From an uncultured Chitinophagales bacterium (GTDB lineage: Bacteria > Bacteroidota > Bacteroidia > Chitinophagales > S012-47), in assembly GCA_964422925.1 (NCBI GenBank), contig CAYRDC010000002.1:68991-132990 (forward strand): a stretch of DNA of 64,000 bases, in the 5' to 3' direction. Numbering within the stretch: the stretch's first letter is position 1; each line of letters starts with the position of its first letter. This document shows, piece by piece, positions 1 to 10,584 of the stretch. The translations under genes and the position numbers were made by a program. The notes under the pieces were generated by a model. That model was not told the DNA's origin, did not search any database, and saw only the letters and a list, made by a program, of their open reading frames with translations.

Positions 1-1255
1 GTTGCCGCCCGTCATCATCGAAGTCAATATCAATATCCGGCATGGTAATGCGCTCCGGGTTCAGGAATCGTTCAAACAGAAGGTTATACTTCAGGGGGTC
101 GAGGCTGGTAATGCCGGTGCAGTAGGCCACGGCCGATCCCGCGGCTGACCCGCGGCCCGGCCCTACCCAAACGCCCAGTTTCCGGGCGGCCGCCACAAAA
201 TCCTGCACGATCAGGAAATAGCCGGAGAAACCCATATCATCCACCACCCGCAATTCGTAATCAAGCCGTTCCTTGACATCAGCCCGCAGCTCGCCATAAC
301 GTTTTTTGGCGCCTTCATACGCCAGGTGTCGCAAATACTCGGTTTCGGAGGCGTATCCTTCCGGCAAAATGTAATTGGGCAATAAAATATCCCGCTTCAG
401 GTCCGGGGTATCCACTTTCTCTACGATCTCCATGGTGTTCACCAGGGCCTGGGGCAGGTCGCGGAAGAGGTCGTACATTTCAGCCCGCGTCTTGAAATAA
501 AACTGATCGTTTTCAAACCGGAAACGGTCCTGGATGTCAAGGGTTGAGCCCGTTGAAACACAAAGCAGCACATCATGGGCCAGGTAATCTTCCCGGTTGA
601 TATAGTGCGAATCATTGGTGGCAATGACCTTTACCCCGTGCCGCTGGGCCAGTTCCACCAGGAAAGTATTGATGGCATCCTGATCGATTTCCTTCAGGCC
701 GTGGCGCTGCAGTTCCACATAATAATCATCTCCGAAAATCTTATGGAACCGCTTGAATATCTTTTCAGCTTCTTCCGGCCCTTTCTCCAGGAAAGTGCGG
801 GGCACCATGGCAGCCGCGCAGCAGGTGGTGGCAATCAGCCCCTCGCTGTATTTTTCCAGCAATTCAAAATCAATGCGGGGATATTTACTGTAGTACCCTT
901 CGATGAAACCCAGCGAACAGAGCTTGCTAATGTTCTTGTATCCCCGCGCGTTTTTGGCCAGCAGCAACTGGTGGTAGCGTTTGTCTTTGTCGGCCGCGCT
1001 GAATTTTTTCCGATGCCGGTCTTCCACCAGGTAAAATTCACAGCCGATGATGGGTTTTATGCCCTGCTTCACAGCCGCCTGGTGGAATTTGAACACCCCG
1101 AACATGTTGCCATGATCGGTTATGGCTACGGCCGGCTGCCCGTCCGCTTTGGCTTTGGCTATCATCGCATCGATTTGCGATGCGCCATCCAGCAGGGAAT
1201 ACTGGGTGTGGCAGTGAAGATGGCAGAATTCAGGGTTTTGGATGGTGTCAGGCAT
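1..1255 (-). CDS. dnaE: DNA polymerase III alpha subunit, N-terminal part (gene continues beyond window start)
   Basis: Manual minus-strand translation from the ATG at 1255-1253 gives MPDTIQNPEFCHLHCHTQYSLLDGA...AITDHGNMFG...GPGRGSAAGSAVAYC...MPDIDIDFDD. This is the PHP domain plus palm-entry motifs typical of DnaE. The frame is open to position 1. It is absent from the ORF track because it is open-ended. Confidence 0.9.
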   Translation of the reverse strand, partial: MPDTIQNPEFCHLHCHTQYSLLDGASQIDAMIAKAKADGQPAVAITDHGNMFGVFKFHQAAVKQGIKPIIGCEFYLVEDRHRKKFSAADKDKRYHQLLLAKNARGYKNISKLCSLGFIEGYYSKYPRIDFELLEKYSEGLIATTCCAAAMVPRTFLEKGPEEAEKIFKRFHKIFGDDYYVELQRHGLKEIDQDAINTFLVELAQRHGVKVIATNDSHYINREDYLAHDVLLCVSTGSTLDIQDRFRFENDQFYFKTRAEMYDLFRDLPQALVNTMEIVEKVDTPDLKRDILLPNYILPEGYASETEYLRHLAYEGAKKRYGELRADVKERLDYELRVVDDMGFSGYFLIVQDFVAAARKLGVWVGPGRGSAAGSAVAYCTGITSLDPLKYNLLFERFLNPERITMPDIDIDFDDDGRQ

Positions 1256-1300
1256 GATGAACAAAAATGTTAAAAAAGAAATGAGCAGGTAAAAATATTA

Positions 1301-1654
1301 TCAAGACAATGTGCATTTATAACCCATAGTCTGCAGCCGGGTGAAAATTTTCTTCCGGACATCCCCCTGCAGCAGGATCAGTCCGTCTTTCACGCTGCCG
1401 CCAGTGCCGCAATAGGTCTTGAGGGTTCGTCCCAGGTCCGCGAGGTCGGCCGTGCGGCCCACAAAGCCCGATACCAGGGTAACCTCCTTACCCCTGCGCT
1501 GCTTGCAGTCCAGGGTGATGACCAGCCGTTGTTCTTGCGGTGGCAGGGTATCCGGTTCATCGTCCTCCGGCCGGGCAGGCTGGAAATCCGGGTCGGTGCT
1601 GAACACAATGCCGTCACCGGAGAGACGGATTTTTTTGTTTTTCTTTTTTCCCAT
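1301..1654 (-). CDS. SUI1/YciH-family translation initiation factor
   Basis: 117 aa. The C-terminal ...KEVTLVSGF...DLGRTLKTYCGTGGSVKDGLILLQGDVRKKI... matches the SUI1 fold signature. Confidence 0.85.
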   Translation of the reverse strand: MGKKKNKKIRLSGDGIVFSTDPDFQPARPEDDEPDTLPPQEQRLVITLDCKQRRGKEVTLVSGFVGRTADLADLGRTLKTYCGTGGSVKDGLILLQGDVRKKIFTRLQTMGYKCTLS

Positions 1655-1655
1655 G

Positions 1656-2537
1656 TCAGGGTACGATTACTTTTAGCGACCGGGGCACCACCGTTACATT
1701 CAGGTGGCTCACCGGGTCGCGGGTTTCCCCGTCAACCTGGAAATAGAGGGGCCTTTCGGTGCTGATTTCCACCCGGGCCGTTGTAAAATGCTGAAAATAT
1801 TTGCTCCGGAGGTGGGTTCCCCGCAGCACCCTGATAAACAAAAAGGGCGCCTTCCACCTCGGAAACCGGTTCAATACCCATACATCCATTAATCCATCCT
1901 GCAGGCTGGCGTCCGGGGCAATGCGGATGTTATAGCCGTACTGGTTGCTGTTGCACAGGGATATGATGAAGCCTTCCCCGTTAATCTCCTGCCCGTTCAG
2001 CTGCATGGAGTAGGGGAACCTCGGGAACAGGAACAAGCCTTTGAACACGCTGAAAGCATAGCTGAAGAACCCGCGCACCGCGTGGCCGGCAAAGAGTTTG
2101 GCCACCAGTGCCACAAACCCGATTCCCGCGTTGCTGCAGAATACCTGCCCGTCAAACCGGCAAAGGTCAATGGTATCGGTTTTCAGGCGGTTGATAATGT
2201 GCAGGGTCCGCAACGGGTTTATGGTATTATAACCGAGGTGCCGGGCCAGTCCATTCCCGGATCCTACCGGGAATATGCCCAGCACTACATCTGTCTGCTG
2301 CAACTGGTTGGCCACTTCGTTGATGGACCCGTCCCCACCGGCTATCACCACAATGTCGGTGTGGTCATCCACGGCTTTCCGGGCTAATTCTGATGCGTGG
2401 CCGGCATATTCGGTATAACGGATTTCCACCGTAAATTTTGAGCGGTCGATATGCCGTTCAATCAGGCGCGGCAAGCGCTTTTTCAGGAATTTCCGCGTTC
2501 CCGATATGGGGTTTATTATGAAAAGAATATGCTTCAC
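1656..2537 (-). CDS. Diacylglycerol kinase-family lipid kinase (YegS/BmrU-like)
   Basis: 293 aa. It starts MKHILFIINPISG and carries the IVVIAGGDGSINEV nucleotide-binding motif of the DAGK catalytic domain. Confidence 0.85.
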   Translation of the reverse strand: MKHILFIINPISGTRKFLKKRLPRLIERHIDRSKFTVEIRYTEYAGHASELARKAVDDHTDIVVIAGGDGSINEVANQLQQTDVVLGIFPVGSGNGLARHLGYNTINPLRTLHIINRLKTDTIDLCRFDGQVFCSNAGIGFVALVAKLFAGHAVRGFFSYAFSVFKGLFLFPRFPYSMQLNGQEINGEGFIISLCNSNQYGYNIRIAPDASLQDGLMDVWVLNRFPRWKAPFLFIRVLRGTHLRSKYFQHFTTARVEISTERPLYFQVDGETRDPVSHLNVTVVPRSLKVIVP

Positions 2538-4441
2538 TCCACGTAAAAAGTATTGTGAATCAATACGTTATTGAATATTTGAATAATGGCTTTCAGTTTT
2601 GTTTCCAGTTCTTTCATCCCCGCGGGGTGCTCCGCTGCCAGGTTTTTTTTCAACCCGGGTTCCTCCGCATAATGATAGTACCCGATAACTTTCGTGCCGT
2701 TAAACTGCAGCACATATCCTTGGTGCAGGATCTGGTAAATATTGTCCATGGCATTGGCGCTGAAATGCCACGCGGTGGTATCCATCAGAGAATTTCCAAA
2801 GCTTACGTACTCTTTCCTAAATCCGCAATATTCAAGAATTGTGTTAAAGATATCAACTTGCTGGACAGTATAGTTGATTTCACGGTGGAGATTGCGGCCG
2901 GGCAGATAGGCGATAATGGGAATACGGTATTCCCCCACGCGGTTTTTATTGACATCCCGTAAAATGGGACCCGTGTGGTCGGCCGTGATAATGAAAAGCG
3001 TATTGTCAAACCAGGGCATGGCCTTCGCTACATTGAAGAAATGACGAAGCGCGTTATCGGAATAGCCGACCGTCTCCAGGATAGGCAAGGGGCCTTTCCG
3101 ATATCTGTTTTGATGGCCCGGGGGCAAGGTAAAAGGATGGTGGGAGGAGAGCGAAAAGACTACCGCGCAGAAGGGCTTGTTCACGGTGTCCAGTGTGCGG
3201 GCCGTAAAGTCAAAAAACGGCAGGTCGAATATGCCCCAGTTCCCGTCAAAATCCGAGTCCTTGCCATATTCGTTGCGGCCAATGTACTTATCGAATCCGG
3301 CCGCGGCAATATATTGGTCAAAGTTCATGGTGCCGTTATTGCCTCCATGCAGAAAATAGGTCCGGTAACCGAGCGGCCGCAACAGGGTGCCCAGCCCGTT
3401 TAACCGGTTGGTGGCGTACATGGAGGAAATGTAAGCATCATTCATCAATGCCGGCAAACCGGCCGTAATGGCCGGGACCGCGTCAATGCTGTGCTTTCCA
3501 TTGGCATAGGCATCGGTAAACACCAGGCTGTGCCCCATCAGGCTGTCCAGGAACGGGGTAAAACCATCCCCACCGTTGTAATAACCGATATATTCTTTGG
3601 AGAAGCTTTCCATTATGAAAACCACGACATTGGGTTTGCCATGCGGCCGCATGGAGTCAATCAATGACAAAGCTTCCGGCCGGCCTCCCCGGTGCCGTAT
3701 ATTGAAAAGGGCCCGCGCTTTTTCAGGTGGCATATATGCCGGGTCTTCCAGTTCCCGGTGAAAAAGGGAATACAAAACGGTAAAAGTCGTATTGGTCACG
3801 AGGGAAACTTCATTAACCCGCACATAACGCGCGGCTGTTATGGGTGAGAGGGGTTTTAACTGGAACCCGCCCCTTCCGGCCACCAAAACAAGCCCCATCC
3901 CCACCAGAAAAATCAGTCCTTGCAGGGGATATTTAATTTTATCAGGTTCCTGAACAGTAGTGGTAGCTGCTTTTCGATATAAGCGTTCCACCACCAGCAC
4001 CAGCCCGATAATAATCAACAGGACATACCAGAAATCTTTAAGAAACTGTGGTATAAGCCCCGGGATATCGTTGATCAGGCCGAGTATATGGGAAGAAGTC
4101 CTTTGCTGGGCGTAAGCGTAATAAATAAAGTCTCCGGCTTCGAAAAACAGGGCAATCCCGTTCACGGAATAAAACAATACTTTCAGGGTTGTCTGGAACC
4201 AGGGTTTGGGGCGCCATGGCCCGGGCAGCAAATGAAGCAGGATGAAAAGACTGTTGATATATACAATAGCCGACAGGTCGAACCGCAACCCGTAAAACAT
4301 GATTTTCAGGAAGCGCCAGAAGGTGATATCCGGAAAGAGATGATAATTAAACAGGAAAAACAGGATCCGGCACAATGAAAACAGCCCGAGTATTATACCC
4401 AGGCGTTTCAATAAAAGAATCACATGCCGCCATTGACCCAT
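2534..4441 (-). CDS. LTA synthase / sulfatase-family membrane protein (phosphoglycerol-transferase-like)
   Basis: 635 aa. The N-terminus is polytopic and hydrophobic, followed by a sulfatase-type domain (NVVVFIMESFS...ITADHTG). Confidence 0.75.
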   Translation of the reverse strand: MGQWRHVILLLKRLGIILGLFSLCRILFFLFNYHLFPDITFWRFLKIMFYGLRFDLSAIVYINSLFILLHLLPGPWRPKPWFQTTLKVLFYSVNGIALFFEAGDFIYYAYAQQRTSSHILGLINDIPGLIPQFLKDFWYVLLIIIGLVLVVERLYRKAATTTVQEPDKIKYPLQGLIFLVGMGLVLVAGRGGFQLKPLSPITAARYVRVNEVSLVTNTTFTVLYSLFHRELEDPAYMPPEKARALFNIRHRGGRPEALSLIDSMRPHGKPNVVVFIMESFSKEYIGYYNGGDGFTPFLDSLMGHSLVFTDAYANGKHSIDAVPAITAGLPALMNDAYISSMYATNRLNGLGTLLRPLGYRTYFLHGGNNGTMNFDQYIAAAGFDKYIGRNEYGKDSDFDGNWGIFDLPFFDFTARTLDTVNKPFCAVVFSLSSHHPFTLPPGHQNRYRKGPLPILETVGYSDNALRHFFNVAKAMPWFDNTLFIITADHTGPILRDVNKNRVGEYRIPIIAYLPGRNLHREINYTVQQVDIFNTILEYCGFRKEYVSFGNSLMDTTAWHFSANAMDNIYQILHQGYVLQFNGTKVIGYYHYAEEPGLKKNLAAEHPAGMKELETKLKAIIQIFNNVLIHNTFYVE

Positions 4442-4505
4442 GTGGCCGCAAATTTAAAAAAATGTCGTTCCGCTATTTTGAAATCCGGGCCACAGGCCGG
4501 CCAAA

Positions 4506-5357
4506 TCATTTTTCCAGGCCCAGCACTTTCAGGGTTAAGTCCAGATGGGCGGCTGAATGGGTAATATACCCGGAACTGATGAAGTTGACTCCGGTTTCGG
4601 CATATTCCCGCACATTGTCTGGTGTAATGCCCCCGGAAGCTTCGGTTTCAAGTTTTCCGTTGATCAGGTCTACGGCTCTTTTTACATATTCTGGTTCCAG
4701 GTTATCGAGCATGATGCGGTCCACACCGCCATGGGCAATGATCTTTTTGACATGCACCATCCGGTTGGCTTCTATGATCACTTTCAGTTTCTTCTTTTTC
4801 TTTTTCAGGTAAGCCTGCACCCGGTCTATAGCATTTTCCACGCCTCCGGCAAAGTCAATATGATTATCCTTGATCAGGATCATGTCATAAAGCCCCATCC
4901 GGTGGTTTTCTCCGCCACCAAGGCGTACGGCCCATTTTTCGAAAAACCGCAGGGTAGGGGTGGTTTTGCGCGTATCCAGGATTTTAACATCATAATCCTT
5001 CACGGCATCCACCATTTTGCGGGTTTCGGTGGCAATGCCGCTCATGCGCTGCATGAAATTCAGCACAAGGCGTTCGGCAGCGAGAATACTGCGTTGCCGG
5101 CCGCTCACAATAAATACCAGGTCACCATAACGTGTGGTATCCCCGTCTTTCAGCCTTGATTCAAATACAAGTTCAGGGTCAACCGCCTGAAAAATTTGCC
5201 CGGCCAGGTCGATACCGGCAATTACTCCTGTGTCTTTGGCTACTAATTTGGCAGTACCTTTAGCCTCTTTGTCTATGCATGCCAGGGAAGTGTGGTCTCC
5301 GTCTCCGATATCCTCGCGGAGAGCTGCTTCAATGAATCTTTTTACGTCAAAATCCAT
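4506..5357 (-). CDS. nadC: Nicotinate-nucleotide pyrophosphorylase (carboxylating)
   Basis: 283 aa. ALREDIGDGDHTS...ILDTRKTTPTLR...LIKDNHI...MLDN are QPRTase hallmarks. Confidence 0.92.
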   Translation of the reverse strand: MDFDVKRFIEAALREDIGDGDHTSLACIDKEAKGTAKLVAKDTGVIAGIDLAGQIFQAVDPELVFESRLKDGDTTRYGDLVFIVSGRQRSILAAERLVLNFMQRMSGIATETRKMVDAVKDYDVKILDTRKTTPTLRFFEKWAVRLGGGENHRMGLYDMILIKDNHIDFAGGVENAIDRVQAYLKKKKKKLKVIIEANRMVHVKKIIAHGGVDRIMLDNLEPEYVKRAVDLINGKLETEASGGITPDNVREYAETGVNFISSGYITHSAAHLDLTLKVLGLEK

Positions 5358-5362
5358 AAGTA

Positions 5363-5764
5363 CTAATCTTGAGTGAATTTTAATTGTTGAATCAACATCT
5401 GTCCGGATTTGCTCTTTAACAGGATATATGTTCTGAAAGAGCCTTTACCGGTTTGGAGGGTACCTATGGCGTATTCTGCGTTTCCACCTGTAGTGCTGTG
5501 GTGCATGATGCGGAAAGATTGTACCGGATGGGCAACAAAAAACCTGCGAACCACTTCCTGTGCCTGGTCTTTGCTATACCCGTTTTCATTGTCTTTAATA
5601 GTAAGTTCCACCTGGTTGTCAAAGTGTTTGGCCAATTCAACCGCATTGCCGGCTGCAATAGCCTTGGAAAGCTTGTTCCAGTCAACCGATTCCTGAGCCA
5701 TCATCCCATGGCTTCCAAAGATTACCAGGGAAATAAGCAAAAAAAGCTTTAGCAAAGGTTTCAT
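5363..5764 (-). CDS. DUF4783-like secreted protein
   Basis: 133 aa with a signal peptide. The small domain is typically encoded next to nadC in Bacteroidota. Assigned from memory of the family. Confidence 0.55.
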   Translation of the reverse strand: MKPLLKLFLLISLVIFGSHGMMAQESVDWNKLSKAIAAGNAVELAKHFDNQVELTIKDNENGYSKDQAQEVVRRFFVAHPVQSFRIMHHSTTGGNAEYAIGTLQTGKGSFRTYILLKSKSGQMLIQQLKFTQD

Positions 5765-5868
5765 AACTTGGATTTTGCCATTGGCAGAACGAATACTATG
5801 CCAATTCGTTTAATTATCCACAGCGAACCAAATTTAAGAATAAACCATTAGAACTCTAAATTTGCGCA

Positions 5869-7401
5869 ATGAATTTTAAAAAAGGTTTCCTGATTATCCT
5901 GGACGGCTGGGGTATCGGCCGGAAGGACCACAGCAATGCTATTTACAATGCCAGCACGCCTTTCATGGATAGCTTGCTGAAAACCTGGCCAAATGCTACA
6001 TTGCGAACTGATGGCGAACATGTAGGCCTGCCGGACGGGCAGATGGGTAATTCGGAAGTGGGCCATCTGAATATCGGGGCGGGACGGATCGTTTACCAGG
6101 AATTGCTGCGGATCAACCGCGACATTGCCAGTGGCGCGTTTTTTAAAAAACCCGTATTGCTGGAAGCCTTGCAATTTGCTCGCGATAATAACCGGCCGGT
6201 CCATTTTATGGGTTTGGTGTCAGACGGTGGTATTCATTCGCATATCGCTCACCTGGAAGCCTTACTCGATATGGCACGGGATGCCGGGCTAAAACAATAT
6301 TTCGTCCATGCGTTCACAGACGGCCGGGATACAGACCCTCACAGCGGTATCGGTTTCATTCAACAGATTGAAGAAAAACTCAAAGGCACTGCGGGCAAGC
6401 TGGCTTCCGTGGTCGGCAGGTACTATTCCATGGACCGCGACAACCGCTGGCAGCGCATTATGCTGGCGTATGACCTGCTGACCAAAGGAATCGGCCGTCC
6501 GTCCAGAGATATTTTGCAGGCAGTACGCGAGTCGTATGACGAAGGAGTTTCTGATGAATTCTTAAGCCCGATAATAAAAGTGAGCGATGGCGGACGCCCT
6601 GTTACCCGGATACGGCCCGGGGATGTGGTCATTTCCTTCAATTTCCGCACCGACCGGCCTCGTCAAATCATTTCAGCCCTCACCCAGCGCGATTACCCGG
6701 AATTTGATATGAAAAAAATGGACCTGTATATGGTCACAATGACCAGTTATGACGATACATTCCGGAATCTGCATATTGTCTACGAAACCGAAACCGTGCG
6801 AAACGGACTGGGTGAATATTTTTCATCTTTGGGGCTGAGCCAATTGCGCATTGCGGAAACTGAAAAATACCCGCATGTCACATTCTTCTTTTCCGGGGGG
6901 CGGGAAGAAGCGTTTACAGGTGAGCAGCGGATTATGATTCCATCGCCCAAGGTATCGACCTATGACCTGAAACCGGAAATGAGCGCCCGGGAAGTAAAGG
7001 ATGCTGTGTTGCAAAGCATTCAAAAGGATATGCCTGATTTTATCTGCCTGAATTTTGCCAATCCCGATATGGTGGGTCATACCGGGGTGTTCGAAGCGGC
7101 CGTGAAAGCAGTGGAGACGGTGGACAGCTGCCTGTCGGAAGTTGTTCCGGCTGCGTTGAAACAGGATTATGTGATGCTGATCCTGGCCGACCATGGGAAC
7201 CCGGATTACATAATCAATGAAGACGGAACCCCCAACACGGCCCATACCAAAAATCCCGTGCCGCTCATTGCCATTGATTCAGGAAATAAATGGAAAATCC
7301 GGGATGGTATCCTGGCCGATGTGGCACCCACTTTGCTGACCCTGATGGGCATCGATATACCGGAATCCATGACCGGAAAGATACTGGTCGAAAAAAACTG
7401 A
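5869..7401 (+). CDS. gpmI: 2,3-bisphosphoglycerate-independent phosphoglycerate mutase
   Basis: 510 aa. LIILDGWG...GNSEVGHLNIGAGR...ADHGN are iPGM motifs. Confidence 0.93.
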   Translation: MNFKKGFLIILDGWGIGRKDHSNAIYNASTPFMDSLLKTWPNATLRTDGEHVGLPDGQMGNSEVGHLNIGAGRIVYQELLRINRDIASGAFFKKPVLLEALQFARDNNRPVHFMGLVSDGGIHSHIAHLEALLDMARDAGLKQYFVHAFTDGRDTDPHSGIGFIQQIEEKLKGTAGKLASVVGRYYSMDRDNRWQRIMLAYDLLTKGIGRPSRDILQAVRESYDEGVSDEFLSPIIKVSDGGRPVTRIRPGDVVISFNFRTDRPRQIISALTQRDYPEFDMKKMDLYMVTMTSYDDTFRNLHIVYETETVRNGLGEYFSSLGLSQLRIAETEKYPHVTFFFSGGREEAFTGEQRIMIPSPKVSTYDLKPEMSAREVKDAVLQSIQKDMPDFICLNFANPDMVGHTGVFEAAVKAVETVDSCLSEVVPAALKQDYVMLILADHGNPDYIINEDGTPNTAHTKNPVPLIAIDSGNKWKIRDGILADVAPTLLTLMGIDIPESMTGKILVEKN

Positions 7402-7404
7402 TTT

Positions 7405-7944
7405 ATGAAAAACTTCCGGTGGCTCCTGGCAGTGACCTTCACAGGCCTGGCTTCCTGCGGTTCAGGCGAAAAAGCGGCAGGCACGGTGAGCTATTTTTCC
7501 CTGCAGGCGTTCTTCCAAAATGAATTCACCCGCCTTGCCCGCGATAGCATTGCCCTTGAAAAGGAGGCCTGGCTGAACGACCATTTCGATCATAGTTTCA
7601 ACCCCTCACCCGACTGGCCCAAAGAACTGAATCTGTTTATCGAATCGGATATCAACAAACCGGCTTACCTGGGCAGTTATACCTGCGATACCATTGACTG
7701 GGGCGACAGCCTCGCTATTCAATACCGCGCCTTGGAGAAAAGCCTCCGGACCCGTGAACTGGAAATCCGGCTCAGGGGCGATTCCCTTACCGGTATTTTC
7801 ATTGCCTATGAAGACAACAATCCTGTATTTACCGCTTCCAGAACTATGCGTTACCGTCCCGGGAAAGGTTATTCCATTTCAGGTATGCAGGGAACCGCGG
7901 CAGGAGGGCACACCCGGCTGGAAATAAAAGGGCAATTCAAATAA
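7405..7944 (+). CDS. Hypothetical lipoprotein
   Basis: 179 aa. The signal sequence has a lipobox-like LASCGS. The ORF sits tightly after gpmI. Confidence 0.5.
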   Translation: MKNFRWLLAVTFTGLASCGSGEKAAGTVSYFSLQAFFQNEFTRLARDSIALEKEAWLNDHFDHSFNPSPDWPKELNLFIESDINKPAYLGSYTCDTIDWGDSLAIQYRALEKSLRTRELEIRLRGDSLTGIFIAYEDNNPVFTASRTMRYRPGKGYSISGMQGTAAGGHTRLEIKGQFK

Positions 7945-7956
7945 AAACCCGGACGA

Positions 7957-9351
7957 TTATTCCCCACCGGCAAAATAGTGGAAGAACCAGGGGATGGTTT
8001 CAATGCCCTTGTAATAGTTAAACAACCCGTAATGCTCGTTGGGCGAATGGATATTGTCGCTGTCCAGCCCAAAGCCCATCAGAATGGACTTTAAGCCCAG
8101 GACCTCTTCAAAAAGGGCGACAATGGGAATGGTTCCCCCGGAACGGACCGGTATGGGAGCTTTGCTGAAGGTTTGCTCAAATGCCCGGCTGGCCGCCTGG
8201 TAGGCCTTCGAATTGGTGGGCGTCACCACCGGTTCTCCTCTTTGTATGGGAATTACTTCCACCTTAACCGAAGGCGGGGCCAGCTGCCGGATGTAATCCT
8301 CAAACAGTTTGTCGATTTTCGAACTTTTCTGGTTCGGCACCAGCCGCATGCTGATCTTGGCATAGGCTTTTGAAGGGAGCACTGTTTTGGCACCTTCCCC
8401 GGTATAACCGCCCCAGATGCCGTTGACATCCAGCGAAGGGCGGATGGAGGTGCGTTCTGTGGTGGAATATCCTTCTTCGCCCTGCACGGCTTCTATACCC
8501 AGGTCTTTTTTGAACGCTTCCAGGTCAAAAGGTACCTTGGCCATTTCGGCCCGCTCGGCTGCACTCACTTCTTCCACGTCATCGTAAAACCCGGGTATGG
8601 TGATCCGCCCTTTTTCATCAATCAGGGAAGTAATCATGCTGCACAGCACGTTAACCGGGTTGGCTACCGCCCCGCCATACACCCCGCTGTGGAGGTCGCG
8701 GTTGGGGCCCGTCACTTCCACCTGGAAATAGCTGACGCCCCGAAGCCCCGTGGTGATGGAAGGCACATCATTGGCCAGCATGCTCGTATCCGATATCAGC
8801 ACCACATCGGCTGCCAGTTTTTTCTTGTTGGCCCGTACAAAGGCACCCAGGTTCTCAGAACCCACTTCTTCTTCGCCTTCTATCATGAATTTCACGTTGC
8901 AAGGCAGGTTACCGGTTTTCAGCATCATTTCCAGGGCCTTTACGTGCATGTACATCTGCCCTTTGTCATCGCTGGAGCCACGGGCGTAAATGATGCTGTC
9001 TTTTACCACCGGTTCAAAAGGCGGAGAATCCCACAGCTCGTACGGGTCGGCCGGCTGCACGTCATAATGCCCGTACACCAGTACGGTGGGTTTGGCCGGG
9101 TCAATGATTTTTTCGCCATACACAATCGGGAATCCTTTCGTGGGGCATATTTCCGCCACATCAGCCCCGGCTTCCGTCAGTTTTTCCCTGATGAATTCAG
9201 CGGCTTCAAAAACATCGTCTTTGAACTTGGGGTCGGTACTCACCGATGGTATGCGCAGCAGTTCAAGCAGTTCGTCCAGGAATCGTTGTTTGTTTTCTTC
9301 GAGATAGTTTTTCCAGGCTTGCATGGGTAGTTTGTTGATGACGGGGTACAA
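7957..9351 (-). CDS. M20-family dipeptidase
   Basis: 464 aa. VLVYGHYDVQP...SSDDKGQ...IEGEEEVGS are M20 metal-binding motifs. Confidence 0.85.
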   Translation of the reverse strand: MYPVINKLPMQAWKNYLEENKQRFLDELLELLRIPSVSTDPKFKDDVFEAAEFIREKLTEAGADVAEICPTKGFPIVYGEKIIDPAKPTVLVYGHYDVQPADPYELWDSPPFEPVVKDSIIYARGSSDDKGQMYMHVKALEMMLKTGNLPCNVKFMIEGEEEVGSENLGAFVRANKKKLAADVVLISDTSMLANDVPSITTGLRGVSYFQVEVTGPNRDLHSGVYGGAVANPVNVLCSMITSLIDEKGRITIPGFYDDVEEVSAAERAEMAKVPFDLEAFKKDLGIEAVQGEEGYSTTERTSIRPSLDVNGIWGGYTGEGAKTVLPSKAYAKISMRLVPNQKSSKIDKLFEDYIRQLAPPSVKVEVIPIQRGEPVVTPTNSKAYQAASRAFEQTFSKAPIPVRSGGTIPIVALFEEVLGLKSILMGFGLDSDNIHSPNEHYGLFNYYKGIETIPWFFHYFAGGE

Positions 9352-9399
9352 ATATACACCAAAAACACCAAGTTTCCGGCCCGGCAGCGGTTTTATTGG

Positions 9400-10401
9400 T
9401 CAGGCTTTGAGCTCCTGCAGGTATTTCTTGGGGGTAACCCCGAATTTTTTTTTGAACGAGGCAATAAAATTGCTGGGTTTTGCATAGCCAATGGAAAAGG
9501 CCACTTCGTTTACTGTGTATTTACGTTGTTCCAACATGAGAATGGCATGCTGCATCCGGTAATCATTGAGGTAACCGTATATGGTATTGCCGTAAATTTC
9601 CTTAAAGCCGTTTTTGAGCTTGAATTCATTGAGGCCCACCAAACGGGACAATGCGGCAATCGTGGGCGGGTCGGCCAGGTTTTCAAGCAAAATCTGTTTG
9701 GCCTTGCGAATGCATTTCACGTCTTCCGGGTTATCGAGGAAGGGGCAACTGGCCTCCGAATCTTCCCCGGTAGCGGCATTGTTAAAGTAGATGGAAAAGA
9801 TTTCCAGTACTTTCCCATGCATGTACATGTTGAGGAAAGGTTTCCCAAGATTGTAATTCAATATTTGCCTGGCGGCCATGTGCATGGAAGGGCTCATGGG
9901 CCTGACCAGGTAAAGGCGGCCGGGGTCATAATATTGTTTCATTTCTTCCCTCGACATGGCGCTGATATCCAGATTTGTGTTGAAGAAGGAGTGCATGCGC
10001 TGAATGGTTGTCAGGATCAACAGCAGGGAAGCATTGGGGGGAATGTGCAATCCGGCTATTATGGGAGCATAGGGATGGGAAAGGAATACGGAATGACTGT
10101 TTTCCACACGGCAGGTCTCAGCCATTTGGATGAAGGAGATTTCCAGCGTCCCTTCCAGGCAAAGAGCCAGGATCACCAATTGTGGATGAAGGGTTAATTC
10201 CAGGTCTATTGACCCGGCAGCATCTGCCGGTAATGTCAATAAACCCGTTTCCTCATCAATCAGATGCCAGTCGGGTTCTGCTTTCGGGTCCTTATGAGCA
10301 GAATGTTTTCCTTTTTCAAGCATTTCCCCAATCTGGGTGGAAATCCCTCTTAAGGTATTTTTTACCAGGAGCTGATCGACAGGCATTTTCCGGTATGGCA
10401 T
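9400..10401 (-). CDS. AraC-family transcriptional regulator
   Basis: The C-terminal HTH_18-type region reads ...IAALSRLVGLNEFKLKNGFKEIYGNTIYGYLNDYRMQHA...VAFSIGYAKPSNFIASFKKKFGVTP. The start is placed at the first ATG (10401). The track ORF begins at a TTG at 10431. Confidence 0.8.
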   Translation of the reverse strand: MPYRKMPVDQLLVKNTLRGISTQIGEMLEKGKHSAHKDPKAEPDWHLIDEETGLLTLPADAAGSIDLELTLHPQLVILALCLEGTLEISFIQMAETCRVENSHSVFLSHPYAPIIAGLHIPPNASLLLILTTIQRMHSFFNTNLDISAMSREEMKQYYDPGRLYLVRPMSPSMHMAARQILNYNLGKPFLNMYMHGKVLEIFSIYFNNAATGEDSEASCPFLDNPEDVKCIRKAKQILLENLADPPTIAALSRLVGLNEFKLKNGFKEIYGNTIYGYLNDYRMQHAILMLEQRKYTVNEVAFSIGYAKPSNFIASFKKKFGVTPKKYLQELKA

Positions 10402-10462
10402 GATAATGAGTTGTAAGTTACTGAAAAACAATACAAATATAGCACAATTGATTTTATGGCAG

Positions 10463-10486
10463 GGTGATAAAAATCACCATGATCAC
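10463..10486. promoter_or_regulatory. Candidate operator: GGTGAT-AAAA-ATCACC palindrome followed by ATGATCAC
   Basis: The inverted repeat has perfect 6-bp arms and an extra half-site. It lies in the divergent intergenic region between the AraC gene and the HmuY-like/TonB-receptor operon. This is a motif observation only. Confidence 0.25.
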
Positions 10487-10584
10487 TAACTTCTGCAGGT
10501 ATTTTTTATCCCGGAACAGGTATTCAGGTACTCCGGCTACGGGTAATTTTGCGTCCGAACCTATTTGGTAAAGAAAAACTCCTA

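Noticed and set aside
575-1273. 232-aa plus-strand ORF at the window start
   Set aside because: The minus strand here encodes the DnaE PHP domain (manual translation), so the plus-strand ORF is a shadow.
4780-4806. Lys-run (KKKKKK) / T-rich tract in nadC as a possible slippery or phase-variable site
   Set aside because: The DNA is CTTCTTTTTCTTTTTC, not a long pure homopolymer. The reading frame is intact, and the run lies in a surface loop position of an otherwise complete NadC.
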